Shown one piece after another: positions 1-12,716 of a stretch of DNA of 64,000 bases. The stretch is from positions 228,224,001 to 228,288,000 of the forward strand of contig NC_058368.1 in assembly GCF_018350175.1 (NCBI RefSeq), in the 5' to 3' direction. This DNA is from Felis catus. Its lineage: Eukaryota. The notes under the pieces are model-generated. The model was given only the letters and a program-made list of their open reading frames with translations. It was not told the DNA's origin and searched no databases. Each line of letters opens with the position of its first letter. The first letter of the stretch is position 1. The position numbers and the translations under genes were made by a program.

Positions 1-179
1 GAGCAGTAGGGAAGGGGTGTGGGTAGGCACATGCTGTGCCCTGGGGGTGTGTGTGGGTCCACAGCCATATGTGAATAAATGCATATTCGTGTTTGTATAA
101 ATATGCGTTTGCATATGTATCTTATAGAAACAACAAAGACTCATTTGGTTACACTTGAACTTAGAAATGTATGATTAAT

Positions 180-411
180 GGGGCGTCTGGTTAGCTCAGT
201 CCGTGAAGCATCCGACTCTTGGTTTTGGCTCAGGTCATGATCTCAGTGTCCCAGGGTCGTGAGATCAAGGTCTGTGTTGGGCTTTGTACTGATAACCCAG
301 AGCCTACTTAGAATTCTCTCTCTCTCTCTCTCCCTCTCTCTCTGTGCCTCCCCTGCTCTTGGTTTCTCTCTCTCTCTCTCAAAATAAATAAAGAAACTTA
401 AAAAGAAAAAA
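180..411 (+). mobile_element. CAN-SINE
   Basis: tRNA-like head ggggcgtctgg...gctcagt, (CT)n, A-tail; TSD agaaatgtatgatt at 163-176 and 412-425. Confidence 0.92.
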
Positions 412-1220
412 AGAAATGTATGATTTATGGACAATCTCTCTCTCTCTCTCTCTGTCTTTAATTCTTTGTCTCTAACCCTCGAACTCTTGCTCCTTAGGTT
501 TCTTTATTTTTCAGTTTTCCTAAATCGAAGCACGTGGATGAACTGGGGAGACATCCCTTAGATGTTTGGTGTCGGGGTTGACTTTTTCGCCGAGCCCTTC
601 CAATAATACTGTCTCATTGACTGGTCCTTCAGCTGATGGGCATTTACTGTGGCGAGTTGTTCCCGACAGCCTCAACTCAGGCACGAAATGCATTTCCTCA
701 TGAAATGCATCCAGGTCTGGTTGAAATACCGTAAAGTGTGTTACAGTTTGGCATGATGATAGCAGATGTGGGATTAGGTTTAGCAAGACTAAGTGAAAAT
801 AGTGACTTTGCTGATTTCTTGATGAGTGTCTCAAGCAGATTCTTTAACTTTTTTTCAGGCTTCAGCCTCCTCAGCTGTAAGACAAGGATAGTCAAATCTA
901 CATCATCAGATTCTTGAGAAGTCATACAATTTCTGTAAATCTCGGCACATGGAACGTGTTCAGCAAATGATAGGCATTGTGATATTTTCTTTAGTATTTT
1001 AGTTTGTTTTGATTAGTCCCCGGCTGGCGTAGGCTGGACAGCTTTTGTGGGTCTTTGGCATTCAACAGTTTTAGAATGCTGCTTTATGAAACGGAGTGTC
1101 AGAATAAACTTCGGAATGCAGTTACGTTGTAAGATTGCTCTTTGCTGGTTATGTTTGGTGACAGTTACCCAGTGAGTGAACTCCCCTGCAGAGGGAGTTC
1201 ACTTGTTTGAAAATGTTATT

Positions 1221-1656
1221 TAAAGATTTTTTAAAAACGTTTTTGATTTTTTTTTAACATGTATTTATTTTTGAGACAGAGAGAGAGCATGAACAGGGGA
1301 GGGTCAGAGAAAGAGGGAGACACAGAATCTGAAACAGGCTCCAGGCTCTGAGCTGTCAGCACAGAGCCCGACGCGGGGCTCGAACCCACGGACCATGAGA
1401 TTATGACCTGAGCCGAAGTCGGACGCTTAACTGACTGAGCCACCCAGGCGCTCCCGTTTTTGATTTTTTTGAGAAAGAGAGAGAGAGAGTGAGGGAGGAG
1501 GGGAGGAGCAGAAAGAGAGGGAGAGAGAAAATCCCAAGCAGGCTCTGTGCTGTCAGTGCAGAGCCCGACTCGGGGCTTGAACTCCCGAACCGCGAGATCA
1601 TGACCTGAGCCAAGATCAAGAGTGGGATGCTTAACCAACTTAGCCACCAGGCACCC
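1221..1656 (-). mobile_element. Two nested CAN-SINEs (inner ~1254-1455 inserted in the tail of the outer)
   Basis: Outer TSD tgaaaatgttatt 1208-1220/1657-1669; inner TSD cgtttttgattttttt 1238-1253/1455-1470. Confidence 0.9.
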
Positions 1657-3402
1657 TGAAAATGTTATTCAGATAGCAACAGTACTTTGATACTGGTCTT
1701 TTAATTTGCTCATCTCCAAGGTGGGAAAGGATCAGTCCAGATGGCGTGCTAAATCTGCTTTGGCTGTACCGCTTTATAACTGTGTGGTGTAACTAGTATA
1801 CATTTTTTGTTATAAGAACACATCATTTTTACGAAGTATTACCTTAAAAATTGGAACTTACTTTTTCCGAAAGTAAGGGTTTCCAGAATGAAAGCAACAG
1901 TGTCTCAATCATCTTGAGAATTTATTTTGAATTATTCCTATTCCAACCATTTATTCATCAGAAGTACATTTAATCTGGTGCCATATTATCCAGGAATACC
2001 TCTGTCCCCAACCCATTACAATCATTCTCTGTGGCCCATTGTACACTGTTAAAGCAGATAAGATATTCATGACACAGTTACTCTCTACTAAACAATGAAT
2101 AATGCTTTGGTTGCAAGAAACACCCTTTCCTTCCCATAAATAGCTTCTCCCTAACTCTCTAGTGAATATCTTATTCTTTTGAGTTTGTTGGAAAATGGAC
2201 GGTTTCCATAGAAATTGGTATGACATTTTTCAACACAATGCCACTGTCCTTAGGTCTTTAACTACTCCCTGCCATTAAAGCAATCTGTTTTGATTTTGTG
2301 AGTTAATAATCTTATCAAAATTGCTTCAAGGCCACACTTACCTTCTTGGAAATATACTCAGATGGATTTGGCAAAAGATAGTAATTTAGTGGGGTCCATG
2401 GGGTACCTGGATAAAGTAGAGATTGGCTCAATAAATATCTTGAGTATCGTTATTTGTTCATGACCTGCTCTGTTCAGAAAAGGATTTTAAAGGTAACCAA
2501 ATGCATTGGTTATATTCTTTTAAGAATTATGCTTGGAACATATTTTCCCTGAAACATTTTAATAGATGGTGTTTATTGAACAGTATATTATATCCTATAA
2601 AGACTTTCTAACTCTTCCTCTGACTTAAAATATGACTGTTTACACATTTAGTTTTTCTGAGGTGAGCAACCACAACATTTTAAGGTGTCATTTATTTTAT
2701 GGTACTGTGAGAGTTACATGAATCGCATGAGCTTAGGTAAATCAGCAGCAAGATAAGAGTCACTGCCCAATGGAAATATTTGCTGTGGTTAGACTGACCA
2801 AAACTAAGTGATACAACACAGGATCCTTCAATGTGCTCAAAATGGATATAGATAATATACTGATTTATAGATGAGAACTCTTTAAACACATGTAGTGCTG
2901 CTGACATTTCCAGATAAATTCTCTCCTTGAAAGAGCTTGTGTGAACATCATGCACTCCTTAACATTGACAGTAGCTACTCATTTAGTGACCCTCTGCTCT
3001 GGTCTTGATCCCATTTCGTGTGCTTTACACATGTGTTTTCTGTCATTCTGTCATTATCACAACATCCAGGCTTCATTATTCCCAGCGTACATATATTTGG
3101 AAACAGAGACACAGACAGATGAGCTACGTTGTCCCAGACCTTGGCTAGATGGGGCTAGGACAGAATTCAGCATCCTCCTGGGCCACACTTATATTGCTGA
3201 TTCTCAAGTGTGTTTTTCTAAAATCATCTATTCCTTTATTAAATTTTAAAGCTTGTCCATTATGATGACACATTTCTGAGTTAAAAAAATGTCAAGGTTG
3301 TAAAATAGTTAAAATGAAAAGTGTAAGCAAAAGCTTTTGTAAATAGACTGTTTTAGAGTAAAGAAAGAAAAGTCTAGTAACTTTATATGTTTAATTTTAA
3401 AG

Positions 3403-3524
3403 GAGGTGCCTCATTGGACCTTAAAGCTTGTCCTCCTAAACCATCCAAATGGATCCTGGACATGACCTGGCTGAATTTAGTGGCACTCAGCAAACTTAGA
3501 CAGTTTTCTGATGTCCTTGATCAG
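3403..3524 (+). CDS. DNAH5: DNAH5 coding exon (~exon 69), 122 bp, [16 protein letters not shown]...SDVLDQ
   Basis: ttttaaag|GAGGTGCC ... GATCAG|gtaact; phase 1 to 0. Confidence 0.93.
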
Positions 3525-5311
3525 GTAACTTGTGCTTTGAATAAACTTATGGCCGTGTCACGGGGAGCAGCTTCCTGATTTATCACCAGCTACAGTATTT
3601 GCAGAAGAGAGATTTTTTCACTTTGTCACTCATACAATGGTATTACCTGTGTTTGACCTTGCTCATGCTCACTCAACTCTCTGATAAAGCGAACTCCACC
3701 CAAGTTTAACTACTATTGTCCTATACCATATGTCAGTATCACCAACTGGAGATCCACAAGTGGGGAAACTGATAGATTTAATTAGATCATTAGATACAGT
3801 TAAGAGGAGATTGAATGGAAAAAAAAAAATACAAAGAGCCTGTATCGAAATGCCTGCCCATTTGTCCTTGTCTCTCTTCTTCTTCCTCTCCTTGTCCTTC
3901 CACTATATTGCTTCCATTATATTGCTTTAGCCAGGCATCTGGACTTACATCTAATGTCAGTGCTTGGCCCCTTATCTTTACAAGTTATCGTCGTTTCCCA
4001 ACCAGCCAGTTCCCTATGAATTGTGTATGTACTGGGATCATGGAAGTTGGGTCTGGAGAGTTCAGTTGAGACAAACCAGGAAACAGATTCTTAAACATCA
4101 GAAGACCAGAGAGGTCACACTGACAGCAAGGTGGCTTTATTCAGCCACGAGTTGTAGGCTTTTTTATGACCAGAACGTGTGCTAAGGTTGGTTCTTCACT
4201 TTCCTCCCAGTTTAAGTTGACCAGAAGCTTAATGTTCAGCTTTTTAAAAATGCTTTGTATGTTTTTATGTATTTTTATGTTTTGGCCTGTGTCTGGTGAT
4301 CTGCGTTATTTCTACCATGTAGTGAAATAACTTTCATTTGGGAGGTTTTAATGCACTCTAGCTTATTCCCCTCGAAGGTGACTGCTAGTGACCTTTCCTG
4401 GACCGATATCTGTTCAGTAACAGTTGCTGTCTTCTGGAGATTATCTTGTGCTGAAATCCCTCCATGTCATATAGTCTTTCATGACTGAGGGAAGTTATTG
4501 TTTTTTACTCTTATATGATACTTTCTAAATACAGATCTGGAATGCCTTTTCCTTTGATTAGGCCTCCCAGAAATATACCAGGGGCTTTAATCGAAGGGAA
4601 TATACCAGAGAACATAGGATTACATTTATCTTCAGATGTTGTTTGTTCCATGTTTTTGAAATGATTACCGACAGAATGCTTGTCTCTCTTTGAGTTTTTA
4701 AGCTCTAAAGGATAATGGACCGTATTCTTTTCCTCTTTCTCAATTACCGAAAGGAAACATGTGTATCATTATTCATTCGATGATGATATGAAATGGTATA
4801 TTTCAAATTACTCTAGATTAATAGAATATTGACCAAAAAGCTTTTTGTTCAATAATAAACATGCATTAAATGTCTTCTTTTGTGCCAGGAGTGGTCCTGG
4901 GAAATGAGGAAGCATATGTGAATAACTAAATGAATTTGTTCTTGATCATGAGAGGATTTCATGGAGCAAATCAGATTTCCTTAAAATAATGAAAATGAGT
5001 TTTCATTGATTTCTTTATTCCTTACCAAATTGTTACCACAAAGGCATTAGAAGATATTAAACAAATCAAGACTCTCCCTACTTCAAAAACTAGCTGTAAG
5101 CTGGCATTAATACAGAGTGACTTTAGCATAAATCACATTTGATTTTAGACTTCCACACTTTTTGCTACTAGAATATAAAATAATGAAAAGGTCAAAGGAT
5201 ATCTTTCACACATGTCTGGAATGGTCAGAAGGTTTGATGAAAAATATCTGTGAACTATTACTAAAAGATTTTCTTGTGCTGTGATGCAATTCTTATCCCC
5301 TGATATTTCAG

Positions 5312-5461
5312 ATATCAAGAAATGAGAAAATGTGGAAAACTTGGTTTGATAAGGAAAACCCTGAGGAAGAACCCCTTCCAAATGCCTATGATAAATCTCT
5401 TGACTGCTTTAGACGTCTTCTCCTTATTAGATCCTGGTGTCCTGACAGAACCATTGCCCAG
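5312..5461 (+). CDS. DNAH5: DNAH5 coding exon (~70), 150 bp, [23 protein letters not shown]...WCPDRTIAQ
   Basis: atttcag|ATATCAAGA ... GCCCAG|gtaaaa; 50 codons, missed by the ORF track. Confidence 0.94.
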
Positions 5462-5497
5462 GTAAAAAGTACATATTAGAAAAAATAGGAGAATATA

Positions 5498-5619
5498 TTT
5501 TTTTAAGATTTTTATTATTATTATTTTTAAGTAATCTCTGCACCTAGTGTGGGGCTTGAACCTACAACTCTGAGATTAAGAGTCACATGCTTCACTGACT
5601 GAGCCAGCCAGGCACACCT
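5498..5619 (-). mobile_element. Short (CT-less) CAN-SINE
   Basis: Reverse strand reads gcctggctggctcagtcagtgaagcatgtgactcttaatctcagagttgtaggttcaagccccacactaggtgcagagattactt + A-rich tail. Confidence 0.85.
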
Positions 5620-5622
5620 GGG

Positions 5623-5660
<38 letters not shown>

Positions 5661-5676
<16 letters not shown>

Positions 5677-6347
5677 AATTTAAATTTTAGTTAACATACA
5701 GTGCAGTATTGGTTTCTGGAGTAGAATTCAGTGATTCATCACTTACATATAATACCCAGTGCTCATCCCAACAAGTACCCTCCTTAATGCCCATCACCCA
5801 TCTAGCCCATCGCCCACCCATCTCCTTCCGTCAACCCTCCATTTGTTCTCTAGAGTTAAGAGTCTCTTATGGTTTGCATCCCTCTCTCCTTTTTTTTCTT
5901 TTCCCCTTCCCATATGTTCATCTATTATCTTTCTTAAATTCCACATATGACTTAGATCGTGGTATTTGTCTTTCTCTGATTGACTTATTTCACTTAGCAT
6001 ATACACTCTAATTCCATCCACATCATTGCAAATGGCAAGATTTCATTTTTTATGGCTGGGTAATATTATATTCTATTGTATATGTGTACCACACCTCCTT
6101 TATCCATTCAGCAATTGATAGACATTTGGGCTCTTTCCACAGCTTGACCGTTGTTGATAATGCTGCTATAAATATTGGGGTGCATGTGTCCCTTTGAATC
6201 AGTATTTTTGTATCCTTTGGGTAAATACCTAGCAGTGCAACTGCTGGATCGTAGGGTAGTTCTGTGTTTAACTTTTTGAGGAACCTCTAAACTGTTCTCT
6301 AGAGTGGCTGCATTCCCACCAACAGTGCAAGAGGGTCCTCCTTTCCC
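5661..6347 (-). mobile_element. 5'-truncated carnivore L1 (end of ORF2 + 3' UTR + tail), preceded by (TA)n at ~5626-5660
   Basis: Poly-T, then ttaacatacagtgcagtattggtttctggagtagaattcagtgattcatcact...cccagtgctcatcccaacaagt and ORF2 C-terminal motifs; flanking taggagaatat repeats. Confidence 0.92.
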
Positions 6348-7303
6348 TAGGAGAATATTTTTAAGGAGAGTTTCCTTTAAAATATAAAGAAATGTTGAAA
6401 ATTTTAATCCCAATGTGAATTTTCTTCGAGGCTTCTTTGGAATTTTCTAGCAGTACCTATGTGCAAAATGAAAAAATAAACAAATATAGCAAGGTGTACG
6501 TTTGGGCTAAATGACTTACTAATCTTCTTTGTTCTAAATGGTATAAGAATGAATGAGAATGCCATGTTTTTAAGTTGTCACATAGGTATAACATAAAGGT
6601 GATGTATTGCGCTTCCATACCGTTTTTATATTAACTTAGACATGATATGTATGGCTGCTCCATTTTGTTAGTAGTAAAAGAACGTTTCTTTAAATAGGAA
6701 TGATGAGAAGGCACTAGGAGGAGAGGCAGATGAGAGGGTAGCACAGTATTCCCAAATCTATAGTTGTGATCCCAGAAAGCCTCACCACCCCTGATGCAGG
6801 AGATGGCTTAAGATTCCTTGAATTTTACGTATGGTTTAAATGTGAATCCTGCCTCCAAAAGATCCATCTTTTCAAAGACCTTTAATTTTCTGGCCCACCA
6901 TCATGGAAATGTCACTGCTAACAAGACCTGCGGTGTCCTGACTTCACATGAAAAACTCAGCTTGAATATTCAGCTCAGGTTGATTCCTTAGGTGCTTCTC
7001 CCAAGAAGCCATATAGTAAAAATAGGCTGGGTTTATAATGGGATGTAGGAAGTTCAGCGCTTCACTCTCCAGAGGGAGCATTAAAACCGTATGGAGTAAC
7101 CATCTCCAAAATCCATGTAGGTACCAAGGAATCATGAAAACAACTAGATTCAATGATTTATTGAGAAAAGAAAAATGAGTTTTGCAGGGCTACTGAGATC
7201 ACCCTTCCTTCAGTTTTTCCTCTCAGCTTCATTACTTTTATCTTGCCCAAAAGAATTGTCAAACTGTTGCCTTAAGGACAATGTAGAAAGTTCAAGTCGT
7301 TCG

Positions 7304-7395
7304 TTTTTCTTCCTTCCTTCCTTCCTTCCTTCCTTCCTTCCTTCCTTCCTTCCTTCCTTCCTTCTTCCTTCTTCCTTCTTCCTTCTTCCTTCTTC

Positions 7396-7433
<38 letters not shown>

Positions 7434-7625
7434 CTCTTTCCTTCTTTCTTTTTCTTTCTTTCTCTTTCTTTCTTCCTCCTTCCCTCCCTTTCTTCCCCCC
7501 TTTCTCACTTCCTTCCTCCCCTCTTTCCCTCCTCCCTCCCTCCTTCTCTTTCTTTATTACTTCCTCTACTTTCTCCCTCCCTCTCCTTTCATTCTCTCCC
7601 TCCCTTTCTCTCTTCCTTCCTTTTT
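7304..7625. repeat. Compound (TTCC)n/(TTC)n/(TTTC)n polypyrimidine tract
   Basis: Direct reading; ~320 bp almost all C/T. Confidence 0.95.
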
Positions 7626-9379
7626 ACCCCCTCATGTAACATTTTATTTGGTTCAGTGCTAAAATTTAAGTCTACAGGCTCCTTTGTAACTTTGTCATCT
7701 TCATCCTGGCGTCTGTCATCTATAGGCTGGGCACAGCCATGGCTTCCTAACTGGGGTCTCCTCTTGCTCCTTCTTGCCCACCCTAGTCAATCCTGTATGT
7801 TCTAGAAGAAATGGAAATAAGATATTCTATTCCTTGGCTTTTAAAGTCTTTCAGTGCCTTCCCATGGCCCCTACGATAACAGCCAAGTCTTAAGATCTAG
7901 AAGTCCTCTCTGGAAAAATGTTTTCTCCTCTGAAATTCTTATGCTCACATTATATTCCTTTTGTGATTTTCAACCAGACACCTTCTTGGGAAGCATATTA
8001 GAAGGTCTACAGTGTGGGTACATTCAGTCCCCATTTCCCATAAGCAGCATCAGGCTTGTTCTTGGTATTTCAGCTGAGTATGACTGCCCATGTCAGGGGA
8101 CATTTGAGGGCCTGGTTGCAAAACCATTGCACTCTCAGAGGGTGTCACATGGTACATACACATTTATGTCTCAAAAGCACCCAGAAAAGAACAGGTGCAG
8201 AGGTATGATTGACCATTTTTAAGCTCAGAGACGTAGGGTGTGCAATCACTTTGAGAATGGATAGAGCATAGCTAGATATTCAAAATGGAGGAAGAGCCTG
8301 TATTACTGACTGAAATCAAACTTCGGATGTTTTTAAGTCAAAAACAATGGTTTAACCAGTACCACCCTTACTTTGGCTATCTGAAGCCTCTCTGATTTAA
8401 GGGAAACTCTACCTACAACTGTTTTGTGTTTCTCTGGGAATGAAAGTGGGGTCCTACTAAGGTCGACCTCACCAAGACTCACTTTGCCCTGCACCTGGAA
8501 AAGTTACAGTTCATGTTGTACCCACACCTGGGCTCTGCTTATTATGTGAGAGCAATTCTTCTGGGGAATCCCACCAGGGATAAAAACGTGGGTCTTACTC
8601 TAATGGGGTGAGAGAAGATAACAGAATGGAAGGAAGTTTTTCTTTGAGGGCACCCAATTTTTACCAGAGGGAGAATATAGACTAAAGGTCATACTCACAA
8701 TAGTATTTTATCGAACATAATTATTTTACCTTATTTGAAAAGAGACTGTGTTGTTAGTCAAAATATTTATATATGGTTGATAAGTTGACATAGCCTGTGA
8801 TACTGCAAGCATGTATTTCAGTCAAACCAAAATTAACGGTAAGGGAGATAAGCCAAAAATGGAAAGATATGACAATGATTAGGAGAACAATTATGGACTA
8901 AATCTTTAAAACATTAATTCATTCATTCAGGAAGTGTCTAATGTATTTCATTCAATAAGAAATCATTCAGTAATTATCTATTGATAAGTATCCATTAAAC
9001 CCCAGGCATTGTGCTGCTTACTTGATTATTGGAATGCATATGCATTTCTCTTAAAGCATCCTAAAGAATACAGTTGCCTAATATTTTACATTTTTTTATG
9101 TACCAGAAAGTAGCCAGTGTATTGAACCAGGTTCCAGATAAGGAGTCCACCAACTTGGGTTCTGGTCTTTGAACTGTGCGATGTGTGTTGGCAAATAACA
9201 CAGCCCCTCCACCTATGGAGTGGAGATAGAACAAGAAAAATGTCTATGTCCTATTTCCCTAAGCAGAATTTCTCTGGGCATCAAGATAATCTATAAAAAT
9301 GAACTTTGGAAGCCACAGTGCATCAGACACATGAAGGGGATAGAGCCACTTTTTGTGACTCCTGTACTGTCTTTGACAG

Positions 9380-9625
9380 GCTCGCAAGTACATCATGGAC
9401 TCCATGGGAGAGAAGTATGCGGAAGGTGTTATCCTGGACTTGGAAAAGACGTGGGAGGAATCTGATCCGCGGACACCACTCATCTGTCTCCTGTCAATGG
9501 GCTCAGATCCCACGGATTCCATCATTGCCCTGGGGAAGAGATTAAAAATAGACACCCGTTATGTGTCCATGGGCCAGGGCCAGGAGGTCCATGCCCGCAG
9601 GCTCTTACAACAGACCATGGCGAAT
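9380..9625 (+). CDS. DNAH5: DNAH5 coding exon (~71), 246 bp, [13 protein letters not shown]...SMGSDPT...QQTMAN (AAA6 degenerate P-loop)
   Basis: tttgacag|GCTCGC ... GCGAAT|gtgagg; 82 codons. Confidence 0.95.
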
Positions 9626-11277
9626 GTGAGGCCAAATGTCTACTCTTATGTTGTTGATATTGCAGGTTGTAGAATAGCAATGCAGAAAAGAACTTGAGCA
9701 TCAATAAGAATTTAAATTTATGCACTGTGTGTTATTCACTAAAGAGGGAAAAGTATAATATCTATTAGGAAATTTTCATGGAAAAATTAGATATAATTTA
9801 AGACTTTTTCTGCTGAACCTTGTCTTATGGAAAACTTAGCCAACCAGAACATGTTATTTCCCAACCAGTTTGCATAATGCTAAGCCCCACTCCAGATCTC
9901 AAACCCTCAGTGGGGTCTATAGCCCCCAACTCTGCCTCCACCATATGCTCCGGCCCTTCCAGCTCTGCTCTTGGAATCCCCACATTCCAGAATCCACCAT
10001 ACCATGCCTTTCTTGAGTTCCAGAATGCATAATCTATGCCCTGGAGCCCCCCATGCCTGGCCCAGGTTTCAGAGGCCAGGAATCTGCCATTACCCTGCAG
10101 TGGTACCGGAGGTTTTAGGAAACCTGGCTTGTCACCTTCCAGGCGGGGCTCCTAGAACCCTCTGAGGCTTGCAAAATCTGTAGCATGCAGAGCATGCCAT
10201 ACTCAGGCCTCACGTGGGGGCCACCGTATGGTAATCTTGCAAATGGGATAGCCACACCCAGAGCTGGGGCAGTTTCAGGGACTTAAATTAACTGAATGCT
10301 GAAGGTCCTTCTTCCATTTCGTCTCTAGAATTCCATCTCCAGGACAGGGCACTCATGTGTTTACTCTGGTCTGGCATGTCCAGCTCTGCCTGTAGGATCC
10401 CTCACCCCTGCTCCCCTCTTCTTCCGCGCTTTGACCAAGCAGGGAGGGCAGAAGCACTTGGCTTCTCATTCCTACTGGAGAACGTGCAGTTTTGGTCTAG
10501 ATGCCTTTCTGGCTTTTTTTTAGGCCAGACCTACTCCTTCTTCTCTGAGTCTGAGCTCTTTCCCATATCTCAAAACTCTTTCGGTACCCTCCAGGGAATT
10601 CCCCTGCTGACAACATAACTGGCTGTCTTCACGCCATCCCAAACCCCCATCGCCAGGCCAACCACGAAACCACCGGGTTCTAGGTCCTGGCCACTCAATC
10701 TAGACCCTTATTGCTGTGCTGCATCCTGGTCCATTTCCTCTGGTCTAGACCTGAACCTACTAGGTTCTGGAACCCCACATTTACCTCGGACCTCTTCTAT
10801 TCCCAAATTGTGCCCGGCCCCTGCTTTGGTGAAGGTTCGGGATAGGAGGTGTGTGTTCACATATGCTGTGCTACGTCTGAGCATTTGATCTGCAGTTGGG
10901 AGGGCACAGTGTGCCCAGAGATGAAAAGAAGCATCTACATTTAAGAATGCCCGGCCTCTCCCTCCTCTTGGCCTCCTCTCCTCTCTTCCCTCCCTTCTTT
11001 TCACTTCCTCTGTTCCTCCCTCCGCATATTACTATGCTTAGAACAAAAACACTGACATTATTTAACTCTAATTTAAAATAAATAGGTGTTTAATAAATAC
11101 AGTTTCAGGAAACTAAATTAGAGTCTAAATGGAATAATTCAGTTTATCCATGTTTTCTGTTTAGTAGTTTAGTTTGAGGTAGAAGAAAAAAAATCTTTAT
11201 TATTATTATTATTAGTGTGATTATAAATTGTCAGAGGTTAGAGTTTTTTTAAAAGTTTTGTAAGAAAAGCTTGAGGT

Positions 11278-11380
11278 GGAGCCCCTGGCTGGCTCAGTCA
11301 GTAGAGCGTGTGACTCTTGATCTTGGGGTTGTGGGTTCGAGCCCTATGTTGGATGTAGAGATTAGTTAAAACATAAAATA
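11278..11380 (+). mobile_element. Short CAN-SINE
   Basis: cctggctggctcagtcagtagagcgtgtgactcttgatcttggggttgtgggttcgagccc...gtagagattagtt. Confidence 0.85.
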
Positions 11381-11382
11381 TA

Positions 11383-11595
11383 TTTTTTTAATTTTTAACG
11401 TTTATTTTTGAGAGACAGAGAGACAGAGTGTAAGCAGGGAAGGGGCAGAGGGAGAGGAAGACGCAGAATTGGAAGCAGGCTTCAGGCTCTGCACTAGCAG
11501 CACAGAGGCTGATGTGGGGCTCGAGCCCACAAACCGTGAGACCATGACCTGAGCCAAAGTCAGACACTCAACTGCCTGAGCCACCCACGTGCTCC
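11383..11595 (-). mobile_element. CAN-SINE inserted antisense into the tail of the previous SINE
   Basis: Typical reverse-strand body; TSD aaaacataaaa at 11368 and 11596. Confidence 0.88.
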
Positions 11596-12224
11596 AAAAC
11601 ATAAAAATAACATAAAATAAATAACATGTTAATAAACAAAGAAAAAGGAAGGTTTGAGGCAACATGACAGGCAACATGGATGATCCACTCAGTAAGAAGA
11701 ACACAAAACACTTAACACAGAATGTTGCAATTCCCAAGAAACAGACTCAGCTAACAGAGTCCATGGGGAGGGTTGAAACAGCAAAGTTCTCAGATTCCCC
11801 TACACGCTGGCTGACAGAAAGCAGCTCGACCCTTTCTGTGGTTGTTATGTTTTACATTTAATTTTTAAAAAATTGTGAACAGTGCCAATTAGCATTTTTC
11901 AAGGGACCAACAATAGTTTCCTTATTCAGCAGCACTCTGTATTCCTCAAGAAAATATAAGGGGATATGTGAAATTTCAGAGCAATCGGTTTTATACTAAG
12001 ATTTTAGATTTGGTGCTTGGTTTATTTCTTGGAAAGAGAAATAACTCAGTCTGCACTAGTCAAACCTAAATGATCTGAAGTTACAGTCAAGAAAACAACT
12101 CCAGATTATGATCTGAATATTATAGATCATTTTAGCCAAACCGTTCTATAGATTAGATATTGAATAAATTATTATTACGTGAACTAAATTATTGCCTCTG
12201 TTGCTTTATGCAAGGAATATTCTT

Positions 12225-12716
12225 TTTTTTATTTAACATTTTTTAAATGTTTGTTCATTTTTTTTTTAATTTAAAAAAAAATTTTTTTTTCAACGTTTAT
12301 TTATTTTTGGGACAGAGAGAGACAGAGCATGAACGGGGGAGGGCAGAGAGAGAGGGAGACACAGAATCTGAAACAGGCTCCAGGCTCCGAGCCATCAGCC
12401 CAGAGCCCGACGCGGGGCTCGAACTCATGGACCGCGAGATCGTGACCTGGCTGAAGTCAGACGCTTAACCGACTGCGCCACCCAGGCGCCCCTGTTTGTT
12501 CATTTTTTGAGAGACAGAGAGAGACAGAGCATGAGTGTGTGTGTGTGGTGGGGGGGGGTGGTGGCAGGCAGAGAGAGAGAGACACAGAATCTGAAGCAGG
12601 CTCTAGGCTCTGAGCTGCCAGCACAGAGCCCAACGCAGGGCTTGAACTCATGGACTGTGAGATCATGACCTGAGCCAAAGTCGGATGCCCAACTGACTGA
12701 GTCACCCAGACGCTCC
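12225..12716 (-). mobile_element. Two nested CAN-SINEs (young felid-type inner ~12264-12492)
   Basis: Outer TSD caaggaatattctt 12211-12224/12721-12734; inner TSD tgtttgttcatttttt 12248-12263/12493-12508. Confidence 0.92.

Noticed and set aside
180..260. tRNA-like A/B-box sequences at SINE heads
   Set aside because: Part of tRNA-derived SINEs; no complete cloverleaf, so not called as tRNA genes.
1231..1647. 138-aa ORF and the many similar 'AQSVKRPTSAQVMIS...' ORFs across the window
   Set aside because: Translations of CAN-SINE sequence, not genes.
1..3402. Search for a preceding DNAH5 exon
   Set aside because: No dynein-like frame with splice sites found; the previous exon must lie upstream of the window.
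7175..7639. 154-aa F/L/P/S-rich ORF and the opposite-strand K/E/R/G-rich ORF
   Set aside because: Artefacts of a stop-free microsatellite.
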